From the NCBI GenBank assembly GCA_965113315.1, contig OZ220372.1: a stretch of 64,000 bases of DNA; one strand, 5' to 3'. Position 1 is the stretch's first letter. Each line of letters starts with the position of its first letter. A program made the translations under genes and the position numbers. This DNA comes from Podarcis vaucheri (lineage: Eukaryota). The notes below the pieces were generated by a model. It saw only the letters and a list, made by a program, of their open reading frames with translations. It was not told where the DNA came from and did no database searches. This document shows, piece after piece, positions 10,945 to 21,985 of the stretch.

Positions 10945-11650
10945 TTGGCATCTGTCTGTCTCGAGAGACAGTGGGTGTGCACTTTCAGGGGTGAAGTCAA
11001 ACCGCTGCATTGGCAGCACTGAAGTGACCTCCCTAGGGTGCAAGCCTGGGCCGCGTGTCTGGAGGTCCTGGGCTGCCCCCAAGAACCACCGTCCCCCTGG
11101 CCTCACTGATGTGGTCCAGAAGGAAAGCAGAGCAATATGTCTGGCACAAGCTTCTCTGCAGGAGTTGCCAGGAGGCGGCAGACAAGGTGCCATCTTAGAG
11201 ACTCTGCTCCAGATTTGTGTAGGGTTTACTCCGCAGCCTTTCCCCCCAAATATATCCTGCAAGGCAGCAGAGGGTTATCAGAGTTTTCCTTCTCCCAGAT
11301 GGGCTCCCTTCCCAGGTTGACGAGACCCATTTGCCCCTCACTTCCATCTACAGCACGTGCAGAAACCACCTTCTTGACTGTTGGACCCATTCTTGGTCTT
11401 GCCCACTCCATCTGCCAGAGCCTATGTTGGCATGCAGGAGAAGCCACTAACTCACTGGGGTTTGAGCCTCATTGGCTACCCTCACCTGGTTTAGCCAGCC
11501 AGTCGAAACCATTCCTGGGGTGTGGCTGCTGTCACATGCTGACAGCTTCTAGGAGCTACAGGTGAGAGCTGAGTGCTGGGTGGGGACCAAAGGTGGACAA
11601 ACTACCCCAGAAGCAGCAAGTGTCCCCACCAGAGGTACTACCCTCCCCTA
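10945..11650. mobile_element. Degraded interspersed repeat, probably RTE/BovB-related
   Basis: Resembles a common squamate repeat (GAAGTGACCTCCC...GGAGGTCCTGGGCTGCCC...GATTTGTGTAGGGTTTACTCC). The family assignment is from memory only. Confidence 0.4.
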
Positions 11651-12219
11651 ATACCCCAAACGACCATGCAGACCCTTTAAAATGGTCAGTAATCCCTGGC
11701 AGCTCACGAGACTAGTAAGCTGTTTGTAAGTAGAAAAATGAAAGTTTGATAGATTTGAACCAACATGCTCCCTTTTATTTTCCATATCCTGCTTTGTCCA
11801 TTTGCCCTCCTCTCTTAATAAAACTTCACATACTTGGTGCTGTTAGGGTCTAAATGGTAGGATTCTTGCCAAGTACTTGAATGAAAAAGTGGAGTTTCCC
11901 AGGGGAAAGAGCAGTGCTGAGCCTCAGGGTGGGGAAGGCAGCTGGATGCCAGCTCTCTTCCTGATAAATTGAGAGGTCTTTGGTGAAGTGCAAAGCATAC
12001 AGTCTTGGGAGTCTCTTTGGAAGCAATTGCTTTTGCTCCCAGAATTCACCCTACTTGGAGTTGTAGAGGTTAAAAATGGGGTAGTGGTGGTGGCAGAAGT
12101 ATTGGATGGTTTGGGTCACAACTGGTCTACCCTGCAAGACAGTTGTGCAAGGAGGGTGCTCCTAGTCTCCCTCTTCTGTTAAGATTCATAGTCTCTCTTT
12201 CCCCCACTGTTTAAGACAG

Positions 12220-12690
12220 GTGTGATGGACAGCAGAGCCAGACCAGTCAGGTGATGCAGTCCCCCCTGAAATTCCACCAGAGGGCTGGAGCCTCTCTCTG
12301 ATTGGCTACAGAGTCTGCTAGACACAGAGGTGGGAGGAGCAGCACATTGGGAGAGAGTATAAAAACAGCCATTTCTGAGGGAGAAAGTTAGACAGGGCCA
12401 AGGTTCAGGTTGAATCCACTACAACAGGATTTTGCCATATTTTTTGCATGACCTATTCGAGTCTGTAGTCCTTTCTGGCAACAGCCATACAATAATGCAT
12501 TTATGTATAACCAAAGTCCAAGCAGTTTCAGGAGGGAGACTTGGAGTGCTTTGTACACTTAACCCTTCATCAGCTGCTTCTCTACTCAGTTTGCCCCCTC
12601 AGCTGCTGCCTGCTCTCATTGGGCTCCAACACTGTGATTTATTTGTTGTTAGTTACAAGCATTTGGGGCTTTGTTCCATATAGCCTTACA
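12220..12690 (+). mobile_element. Possible solo LTR
   Basis: TG start, reverse CCAAT box (ATTGG, 12301) and TATAAAAA (about 12358) in LTR-like spacing. Boundaries and TSD are not resolved. Confidence 0.3.
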
Positions 12691-14076
12691 CAGTCCAGGG
12701 CCCAAATACAGTATATGGACTCCTCCCCCGCCCCCTTACTTGCCACCCCATGCATTAAGGTTTGTGAGAGCAGAGCAGCTCATAGTTCCCTCCAGCTCCA
12801 GTTTGTGGGGCAGTGGCACATCCTTTGTTATGGCACGCCAGATGTAGAAGTCCCTTGCCACAGAAATTTGGTGGTTCCCAGTGTTCTTTACTTTTAGGCG
12901 TTGACTCAAGACACATTTGTTTTATCCGGCTGGTTGAGAGCTGGATTGCTGCTGGATTGTCTGAAAGTTTGGTTCTCTGCTCTCTGTGTGTTTTGTGTAG
13001 TGTATTAGGAACTACCCTGGGAACTTCAGGGTTGAAAGGTGAAATAGAAATTCAAATATTATTATTGTTTCCCATATTGAATCTGGAATGCTATAGCCTG
13101 GCAAGAGACATACTACAGGGAGTTATTGCCTATTTATTTTAATTCAAAAATAAACCCTGTCAAGCAGGAGCAAGATTCTATGCCTTTCTGAAACCCTCTT
13201 CCTTTGACCCCCTCACACATTCTAGTTTTGGTTTTGTGTGGTGTTGCCAGTATCCCACCCATAGTGACTCCTGCTTAATCCACCCACTATTTTTATTTCT
13301 TCTAGCTGTGGTGTAATTGAACAGTGGACAAAATGGATACCCATTTCCTTGTTTGTTAAAAATTATGTTTCCTGTTCTCAGCTGCAGACAGATGTTTTCC
13401 CCCTACAGATAACTTCTGATAGCTGTTGTAATGTGTTTTTGAGAATGTTCTTCATACCTGGCAGGGGGGTTGGAGAAGAGAAACAATCTTTATTTTTAGG
13501 ATATACAGTTAATCCCAGGAGATGGAGCATCATAACACAGACAGCCATCGTGTCGGAACGCAAACAGGTGCAGTTTCCCAGACACCATTAACTCCTGAAC
13601 AGCCAAGGAGGTTCTGCCTACACTTTACTACAATGCCAAACCATCAGTTTATTGTAACATGTGAAAAAGCATAGGCAAACGAAATACGAATCCCATGTAT
13701 ATTTCTTTTTTAAAAAGGGTCTAAGTTATATAAGAGGGGCAATATAACATTTAGTTTAACATATAGATCACATTATTATCTTATACACACAAAGGATGAA
13801 ATCCTGAACACTAGGGAGCAAGTCCCATTTAACTCGATACAACTTCTGCATAAATATTTGTTAAAGTGTTGTTTATTTTGTGGAATTGACACACCCCATA
13901 CGTTTGCAACACACCCACCCACCCTATTCTTTTGACAGCAGAAAAGGTTTATAATCTCCATGGTTGGTGGAATCTTATCCTGGTGTTAACTTGTTTCTGT
14001 GCCAATACGCTTTTAAATGCTTAGGAATTTCTGCAACCCATTGCCATCTCTATAAGCATATGACAAAGTGTATGTA

Positions 14077-14285
14077 CAGTGGTACCTCGGGTTAAGTACT
14101 TAATTCATTCTGGAGGTCTGTTCTTAACCTGAAACTGTTCTTAAGCTGAAGCACCACTTTAGCTAATGGGGCCTCCTGCTGCCGCCGTGCAACTTCTGTT
14201 CTCGTCCTGAAGCAAAGTTCTTAACCCGAGGCACTAGGTTAGTGGAGTCTGTAATCTGAAGCCTATGTAACCCGAGGTACAACTG
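14077..14285 (+). mobile_element. Tigger/pogo-type MITE (family 1)
   Basis: TA|CAGTGGTACCTCGGGTTA...AACCCGAGGTACaACTG|TA. Siblings at 50304 and 55280. Confidence 0.85.
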
Positions 14286-17200
14286 TATGGTGTATGCTGC
14301 TACTATACAGCACACAAAAATATTCAGAAACTTTTCGAACGTTTGTTAACGCTGCTCCTGTATAGTTGATGGAAGGCTGAGGAACAAGAGGACCAAAGCA
14401 ACCAGAGTCTGTAGCAAGCAAGAGCTGTTTTCCTAATTGCTCTGACCAACAAATCTGACTCAGATTTTTTAAAACAGAAGTCAAGGGTATCACTTGATCC
14501 ATTCTGAAGGACTCTTGGTACAAAAGGCTTTCTTGGCTTGCCTCGCCTACCAGAGATGGGTAGTGGCACATAGTTTGAATCGCTGGCTGACACCCCTGGT
14601 CATCCACTTGCAGCCTCAAGTCCTTGTGCTTCTGGAGATACTCTTGCAGTCTCCTCTGTTCGTACTGCCTACAGTTATACGTAATGGGCTGGGCCACTAC
14701 TTTCTCCACTGGTTACCACTGGAAGGAAACAGAACTGTCATGGTTTGGTGGCTGCTAGAGTATTGCTCAAATGTAGTTCAGGCTTTTTGGACAAATTAGT
14801 TTGTACTGCAATCTTTTCTGAACTACGGTATGTCTGAAAAGCACATGTGGATACACACACACCAGAGACACTTGTTGAATTAGAGTAATTTATTGTGTGT
14901 TTTTTTCTGAACTTGACAGATTCCCAGAGATTGATAACACAACACAATCTTATGCACCAATTCACAACTAGTCCCTTGTTGGTTTTATTAAGAACATAGT
15001 AATTTAAAAAATAGCTAAATATGTACATATTAATAAAACTTATATACATAAGATTGAGATACTTTTTTTACCTAAATATGGAATGATTTCCTAATAAAAC
15101 CTATAAAAAGACTTCTGAAAAAAATCTGAACAGTAGTCACAGTAAGTAGACAAGAATACTATTATTTTTAAGATTTATTAAAAGAATGCTGATTGTTGGT
15201 TAACTGTTACTATATGTATGACTTCTTTGTAGATTTACTGGGGAGACTGAGTAGTTTTGTTCAAGAGGGAACAGTCTCTAAATCCTTTCCATCTCTAAGG
15301 AGAAAATGTACTTTTTAAAGACTGCAGTGCAAGTCAGGTTTATCTTGTCATCAAGAGAACACAGCCACATTTCAATAATTATATGTGTAATAATGATTAC
15401 ACATTATGTGTAAAATTCCATAAAAGTGTTAAACTGCAGTAGAAGTAGTTATTCAGCCTGAGTTGAACAAACAAAAGATTCTGTATAAATATCTACAGCA
15501 GTGTCTTCTGGTGTGCTTAAGATGACTATGAAATTTTCATTATATAACATTCATTAATCCTTCATTGGAAGTATCACCTAGTACCTTTTCACACACAGAC
15601 TAGGACAGAAGCCTGATTCTTCAAAAGGTAACAAGAATACATAAACCATAACTTCAGATATTATTTGTGGGCTTTTGTGGTTAATAACCTTAAAGACCAG
15701 TGTATAAATTTATGAACACTCATATCAAAGTTTCCTTTCAAAAGCAGAAATATAAAATAAGCCAAAAATATTTGACGGGGCAGAACACTTGCTTTAGTTT
15801 TAACTCTGAGGAATGAGATAAGGAGATCAGTACACAATGGTGATAAATATATACGTTTTGGAAGGAATTTAATATAAATATTAATTAACTGGCAAGTGAT
15901 AAGGTGGGATTATATATATATATTAATATAATTTAGGGTTCAGATTTTGTACACTGGCCTCTCTTTCCCAGCACCACCCATGATCCAGGGGATAACAAAT
16001 AGTAATATATCTGATTACAATGGAGTGTGTGGAGCTTGACCCAGAGGATGTTTGGTCATCTATCTGAAATTTCAAATAACAAATCTTTCATGGAAATTAA
16101 GGGGGGTGGTAATTTGCAGATTCTGGGCCAATTTCCTTCATCCTTGGCCTACAATATTCACAGGGAGAAAACTGGTAATCGATTTTTTTTGGCAGATTCA
16201 CACACCTGCCAGATGAGGAGGAAGTGAATGGGTATGCTCTTTACATATAAGTAATTGTGTGAGCATTTTCACTTCACAAATAGGCCTGAAGATGTGGAGA
16301 CCCAATATGAGCTATCATTTGCTCTCACTGAAGGGATGAAGATTTATGGAAATCAAGCCTATGGGTAACTATGGAACACCTAGTTTCCATAGTGTAAGTG
16401 CAAGAAGATTATATACACCCAATCCACTCACGACAGAATTATCCTTAGTTGGGGAAATGTGTGAACTCCTCGTGGTCAGGAGGAAGGTGTGATACTATGC
16501 TCCTTTGAGTTGAACAAAGGAAACCAGGATACATGTTCCTATATGCACTTCCTTATCACTCATTTCCCCCACTGCTGGACAGATCCTTGAAGAGGCATGA
16601 GGAAAGGCATGAGCATTTGTGAAAATCAACACACCCCAAATGTAATGGTATTTCCCCTACATCTCATGCAAATATGACAGAAAAGCCATGTATAAGAGTG
16701 TTGGGGAGGCTATTGGCAGCGATAATTATTGAAATAACTTTTTAGGAACTACAAGATGGTGCTGGCACTCAAAAGCCAGGGAGAGAGAGAGAGATAAGGG
16801 GGGTTGTTATACCAAATGGTCTGAAAAATAAAATGTCTGAGTAATCTCAATATTAAGAACAGTTCATTCCACGTTCACCAATACTTGTTCTGGACAAAAC
16901 ACCAGCATCAATATCAGCATCAATTATTGGGACTCTTATTGTCAAATACCATATTGCAACTTATTCAGAGAAGAATACTTGGCAATTTACCATCTTTACC
17001 CAAGAAGGAAAATCAAAGGCTAAGGAGAGAGAGGGGGGGAGAGAAAGGGTCTTCAGACCAGATGACTAATGATTTATTAACTTTGAAGTTTTTTGGTCCT
17101 TTGATTTCTGCACCAGAATCCAATATGAAATGGGGTCCTTCAGAACACCTTTCTAAGGGAGGCCCTTAACTTTGTTAATGTTTCGGTGTTTAATCAAAGA

Positions 17201-17483
17201 TGGAACAAACAGCCAGCCAGCATGCATATACTTATGTGGGGAAATGCAATCATAAAGGCAAAATTTGTTCTATTTTAGTGGTTATCAGATTAACTGCACT
17301 ATATCCTTGCTGAACAAGTCTATTCTGATTAAAATAAGAAACAAGTAATTTTGTGGCTTTGTTACCCTATGTTACAAAAGCATGAACAAACTTAAGATTG
17401 AGGCCATGATAGAGAACGCAGATATTGAAGTAGTCTGAAAATAGCGCTGGTGTCCTGCTCAAAAGTAAAGACGTCTGGATCTG

Positions 17484-17527
17484 CTAGTGAAACACTGGTG
17501 CAGAATGTGTGGTTTCAAAGAGGTTAC
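17484..17527 (-). CDS. BEND7: BEND7 probable terminal coding exon
   Basis: Strong acceptor TCTTCTTTTTCAG. The phase-1 join gives (G)NLFETTHSAPVFH then TAG, followed by a long AT-rich UTR-like region. No homology support that I can verify. Confidence 0.55.
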
Positions 17528-17735
17528 CTGAAAAAGAAGAGCTGGGCTTAGGATCTGATAGGTTGGCTGTATAAAACTGACACACAAGTATTAAAAGTAA
17601 CCTATGGATTTCAACATTAAAGTAATAAAAGGTGTAGTCTGCAATAGAATTAGAACACTAACAGGCTGTCCATAATTTATTTCTTGGTATGTATCTTTAT
17701 TACAACCCCTGGGAATCACTTATGGAAAGGTATTA

Positions 17736-18309
17736 CAATATTTTTCACCCTATAGGACGCACCGTCCCATAAGACGCACCTAGGTTTTTTTTGGGGGGGG
17801 AATAAAGGGGGGGAATTATTTTTTCCCCCAGACGCGGGGCTGGGGCCCGAGCTTCCCCCGACCCCAGCCCCCAGAACAGGCAACTCTCCGCAAGCAGCTG
17901 GAGCCCAGCGCAGGGCTCCCGTGCCTTGCGGAGAGGTGCACGAAGTCTGTGCACGCTGGGCTCAACGCGCTCAGCCTTCATCATGCAGGCAACTCTCCGC
18001 AAGCAGCAGGAGCCCAGCGCTGGGCTCCCGTGCCTTGCGGAGAGGTGCGCGAAGTCTGGGCGTGCTGAGCTCAGCGTGCCCAGCCTTCGGCATGCAGGCA
18101 ACTCTCCGCAAGCAGCAGGAGCCCGGTGCGGGCTCCCGCTGCTTGCGGAGATCTGCGGGAAGCCTGGAGAGTGAGAGGGGTCGGTGCGCACCGACGCCTC
18201 TCGCTCTCCAGGCTTCAGCGAAAGCCTGCATTCACCCCATAGGGCACACACACATTTCCCCTTCATTTTTGGAGGGCAAAAAGTGTGTCCTATGGGGCGA
18301 AAAATACGG
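17736..18309 (-). mobile_element. Tc1/mariner-pogo MITE (family 2) with internal 109-bp tandem repeat
   Basis: Termini TA|CaaTATTTTTCaCCCTATAGGACGCACC and GGGCGAAAAATACGG|TA. Repeat units start at 17877, 17986 and 18095. Confidence 0.85.
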
Positions 18310-18999
18310 TAATTACTGTGAGAGAAATCTAGTACACAGAATTGGAGAATAAGGGAAAGAACACATGCAAAGGTGTGTATTAAGAGCAACAAGGAATTCA
18401 TCTAAAAATATTACACACATGGATGGAGAACAAAGCACTTGCATAACAATGCAAGGGAGTGTCTATCAAATATCTGAAATTAATCTGCAAAGTGGAAAGA
18501 ACAGCACTGCTCTATTGAGGGGGTTTTTTTCAAAACAATATAGAAAGCACTTAAACAGAACTCTCCCACCCCACCCTCCCTACAAATATATATAATTACA
18601 ATGATCTCCCCTCCCCTGATTGCTCACTTTTATTTCGGGTCACTTAATAATAATTTTATTATTTATATTCCTCCCATCTGGCTGGGTTTCCCTAGCCACT
18701 CTGGGCGGCTTACAGAATATAGCACAAATGATAACCCCACCACCACCACCACACACACATCCTGGAGAGTCATGTCCGGATAACAATATTGGGAGATATC
18801 ATGGCATAATATTGTCCCCAATGCTCTTCAACTCTGAAATGAAGCCACTGAGTGTGGCCATTCGGCGTTTCAGGGCAGTGTGTCGTCTGTGCTCTGGGAG
18901 TGGTAGCCAATGTTGCTGAAGCCAGAACTGGGATTCAAGATGACTAAGAGATTGGGGAACAGGGTCAAATGAACAAAACAAATTTCAGTAGGGACAAAT

Positions 19000-19753
19000 A
19001 GGTTGAGAGAACTGGGTCAGTTTAGTTTGGAGAAGAGGAGACTATGGGGCCAAGATGGCGTCCAGCACTCTTCTCAGCTGTGCCACTGCTGTCCGTGCCG
19101 GTCAAAACCTCTTCCAGCCTCTTTGGCCCTTTTAGCAGAGTTTACACAGCGGTAGAAACTGTTGCAGTGTGTGGGTAATAAATCAGACTGCACGCAGGCT
19201 TTCTTGCTTATCTCCAACAGTCTTTAATCGTGTAGCAAAACATCATAAATCAGCCCGGCGACAAAGCGCACATCTTTCGCCTCTCGGTCAAAACCGAAAG
19301 AGAACTCACACACAGAGAAAGATTCCCGTATGTGAACATAGCCACGCCTCATGATGTGAGACGTCACTCAGAACTATTAACCCTGTAAGTTCTGATTCTC
19401 TTCACAGAGACTGAGAGGAGATATGATAGCCATCTTCAAATGTCTCGAGGGCTGTCTCATGGAAGAGGGAACAAGCTTGTTTTCTCCTGCTCTGGAGGGT
19501 AGGACTCAAACCAATGGCTTCAGGTTACAAGGCAGGAGATTCCAACTCAGCGTTCAGAAAAACTATCTGACAGTAAGAGCTGTTTGGCAGTGGAACAAAT
19601 CCCACAAGAGGTGGTGGACTCTCCTTCTTAGGGGTTTTAAAGCAGAAGTTGGATGGTCATCTGTGTCCTGGATGCTTTAGCTGACATTCCTGCATTGCAG
19701 AAGGTTGGACTAGATGACCCTTGGGGACCCTTCCAACTCTACCATTCTATGAT
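19000..19753 (+). mobile_element. CR1 LINE 3' fragment interrupted by a 363-bp insertion (19044-19406)
   Basis: LRELGQFSLEKRR|LRGDMIAIFK...GRRFQLSVQKNYLTVRAV, plus a CR1 tail CCTTCCAACTCTACCATTCTATGATT. GAGACT is duplicated around the insert. Confidence 0.8.
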
Positions 19754-19884
19754 TGCCATAACATCTGAGTCAAAAGAGGCTATGTATAATCCTAATCACT
19801 GTCCTAGTGATGGACTGGAGGAGGGCTAATAACCCAATGTTGAACCCTGGGAAGATGGAGGAATGGCAGGTAAGTGGATTGGTC

Positions 19885-20480
19885 AGTTGCATGTTCTGGA
19901 TGGGGCTGCACTCCTTCTGAAAGAGCGCTTTCAGAGTTTGCGAGTGCTTCTGGATCCATCTTTTTCACTGAAGGCTCCGGTAGAGGACCCTTAACCAGCT
20001 ACAGACATCATCTTTGACAGGCAAAGCCTGGCCATGGTAATTCCATTATGAACTTCCAGACTCAGTTATTGCAGTGTGCTCCATGTAGGGCTTCCCTGGT
20101 CTAGACGCTCCAGCTGGTGTAAATGCTACGGCTACACTGTTGGTAGGAACAGACAACCACCAGCACAAAGTTTCAGTGCTTAAAAGCTTGCACTGGCTAC
20201 TCAGAGGCTAACAAGCCAAGTTCAAGGTTCTTGTGTTAACTCACAAGATCCTTAACAACTTGGGTTTAGGATACCTAAAGAACCACTGAGGTCTCTAGGG
20301 GAGTTGCTGTTAGTAGTCCCCCGTGGCTCTGATGCACAGCCTGTATACACCAGAACCCAGGCATTTGGTGTTGGGGCCCCCATTCTGTGGAACACCCTCT
20401 TGGAGGTGATCAAACAGGCCCCCTCCCCACTGAACTTCCGGTGTGTGGTTGAGAGTTAATTTTAGCAGGCATTTTAAGTA
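19885..20480 (+). mobile_element. Degraded L2 LINE 3' part
   Basis: Remnants of L2 motifs (TTGCACTGGCTAC, AAGTTCAAGGTTCTTGTGTTAAC, CTGTGGAACACCCTC). Confidence 0.6.
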
Positions 20481-21235
20481 AGCTTCTATGTTTTTATGGC
20501 TAATATTAACTGATTTTTCTCCTTATGCACATTTTGCAGAAAGGAGACCAAAGAAATCAGATTTCTACTAATGTGACTGCCTCTTTGTGTCTCACTTATG
20601 AACTTTTGATAGTAGAAAAATTAGCAGCACTAAGAAATTGCATGAGATGAAATGGGCACCAGTAAAATACTAAATAAAATTACTAGAGCAATTAAAAGCT
20701 GACATATAAAGACTTCGTTAAGGAAATTGATTATCATGTCTTCTTACATAAATTGCCTTGATTGCCTGATTAGGTGTGGGGAGCAAGAGTGAAGGGATCT
20801 TTATAATCTCCGTGATCTGAGGACAGATTTATATATTCAGTTGTTACTGAGTACTAAAGCTTTCCCTAGACTTCTGGCTATTATAAGGTCACAGTTTAAA
20901 TGCTTCTCTGTAATGAAGGACTCCTTGGGCACAGGCACAATGATGTCAGGGAGAAGGGTGTTGTCTGGCCTTCCTGAATTGTAGTGTTTTATGTTCAGTC
21001 CCCTGCCTCCAGTGGAGGAGCACTTCAACATGGAATAACCTCCACTCCTAGCACTACGGAACAGGCAGTGGAGACAGAGGGTAAGAAAATGTGAGGCATA
21101 TCTAGTGACAAAGGAAAATGTAAGTTTAGGTAAGAGATGTTATATTGTGCAAGGTTATTCCAGACAGCCCAATTCTAATGAGACTCTAAGCAAACAAATG
21201 GCCAATTTGTTTTTATTAACCAACAGCTTTTTTAC

Positions 21236-21286
21236 CTGTTTGTAGTAGAGAAAGGTCCAGTTTCTCATCACAGTCAGTTGTCTCTA
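21236..21286 (-). CDS. BEND7: BEND7 internal coding exon (51 bp, not in ORF track)
   Basis: ttatttag|TAGAGACA...ACAG|gtaaaa. Encodes (V)ETTDCDEKLDLSLLQT, similar to mammalian EIADSDERLDGIALPPT. Phase 1 to 1. Confidence 0.85.
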
Positions 21287-21560
21287 CTAAATAAAGATAA
21301 TACACAAAATATATTATTCTCCATAATACATACAATTAGAATTAAGTAAAACAGTAGTAATAAAATTAAATGGGAAAAGTGGTATGGAAAACAGGCAAGT
21401 GTACTACACAAACGCATCAAAACCCCTACAAATTAGAAGCATTTTAAGAACTTAGGGAATTCAAAGGAAGAGCTGCTCCATAAGACAATAACCAGTTCTC
21501 TTCAGAAGGTGACTGATGAATATTTCAATGGAGGTGACTCAGATATTCAACTCTGAGTCA

Positions 21561-21697
21561 TAGCATTTCCCAACCTTGGGCCTCCAGCTGTTTTTTGGAC
21601 TACAACTCCCATAATCCTCAGCTAGGAAGACCAGTGGTCAGGGATAATGGGAATTGTAGTTCGAAAACAGCTGGAGGCCCAAGGTTGGGAAACACTG
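21561..21697. mobile_element. Palindromic hAT MITE with the same TIR type as copies A and B
   Basis: tAGcaTTTCCCAACCTTGGGCCTCCAGCTGTTT...GACTACAACTCCCAT / ATGGGAATTGTAGT...AAACAGCTGGAGGCCCAAGGTTGGGAAACACTG. Confidence 0.8.
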
Positions 21698-21865
21698 GGA
21701 GTGACAAGACTAAGAAATGTACATAGGCCTGAATCAGCCCTTAGGAGCAGGGTCCTTCCTCAGTCATTCTTAAAGGCTGGCTTCAGGCTGCTCACTGTCA
21801 TACTGTTTGTCTTGCCACCTTGCTATCTGCATTCCATCTGCTTTCTACCTCTAACCCTCCCTTAC

Positions 21866-21985
21866 CTGAGCCTCTTTTTAACCGTCTTCTTGCCAGTTTG
21901 ATTTGATCCTGAAGAATCTGTACCCAGTCTCTTGGGCCAGGTAGTTTATCCACATGGTTTGCAGTGCAGTATTTTTCTGTGAACA
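21866..21985 (-). CDS. BEND7: BEND7 exon, C-terminal part of the BEN domain
   Basis: (V)FTEKYCTANHVDKLPGPRDWVQILQDQIKLARRRLKRGS. Acceptor ttttag, donor gtaagg, 120 bp. Confidence 0.95.

Noticed and set aside
13600-17483. Exact BEND7 3' UTR end and poly(A) site
   Set aside because: Several minus-strand AATAAA candidates exist (near 17075, 15175, 14985, 14890, 13650) and sequence alone cannot choose among them.
17877-18150. CRISPR-like or coding tandem repeat
   Set aside because: The context is eukaryotic and the 109-bp units are contiguous with no unique spacers, inside a MITE.
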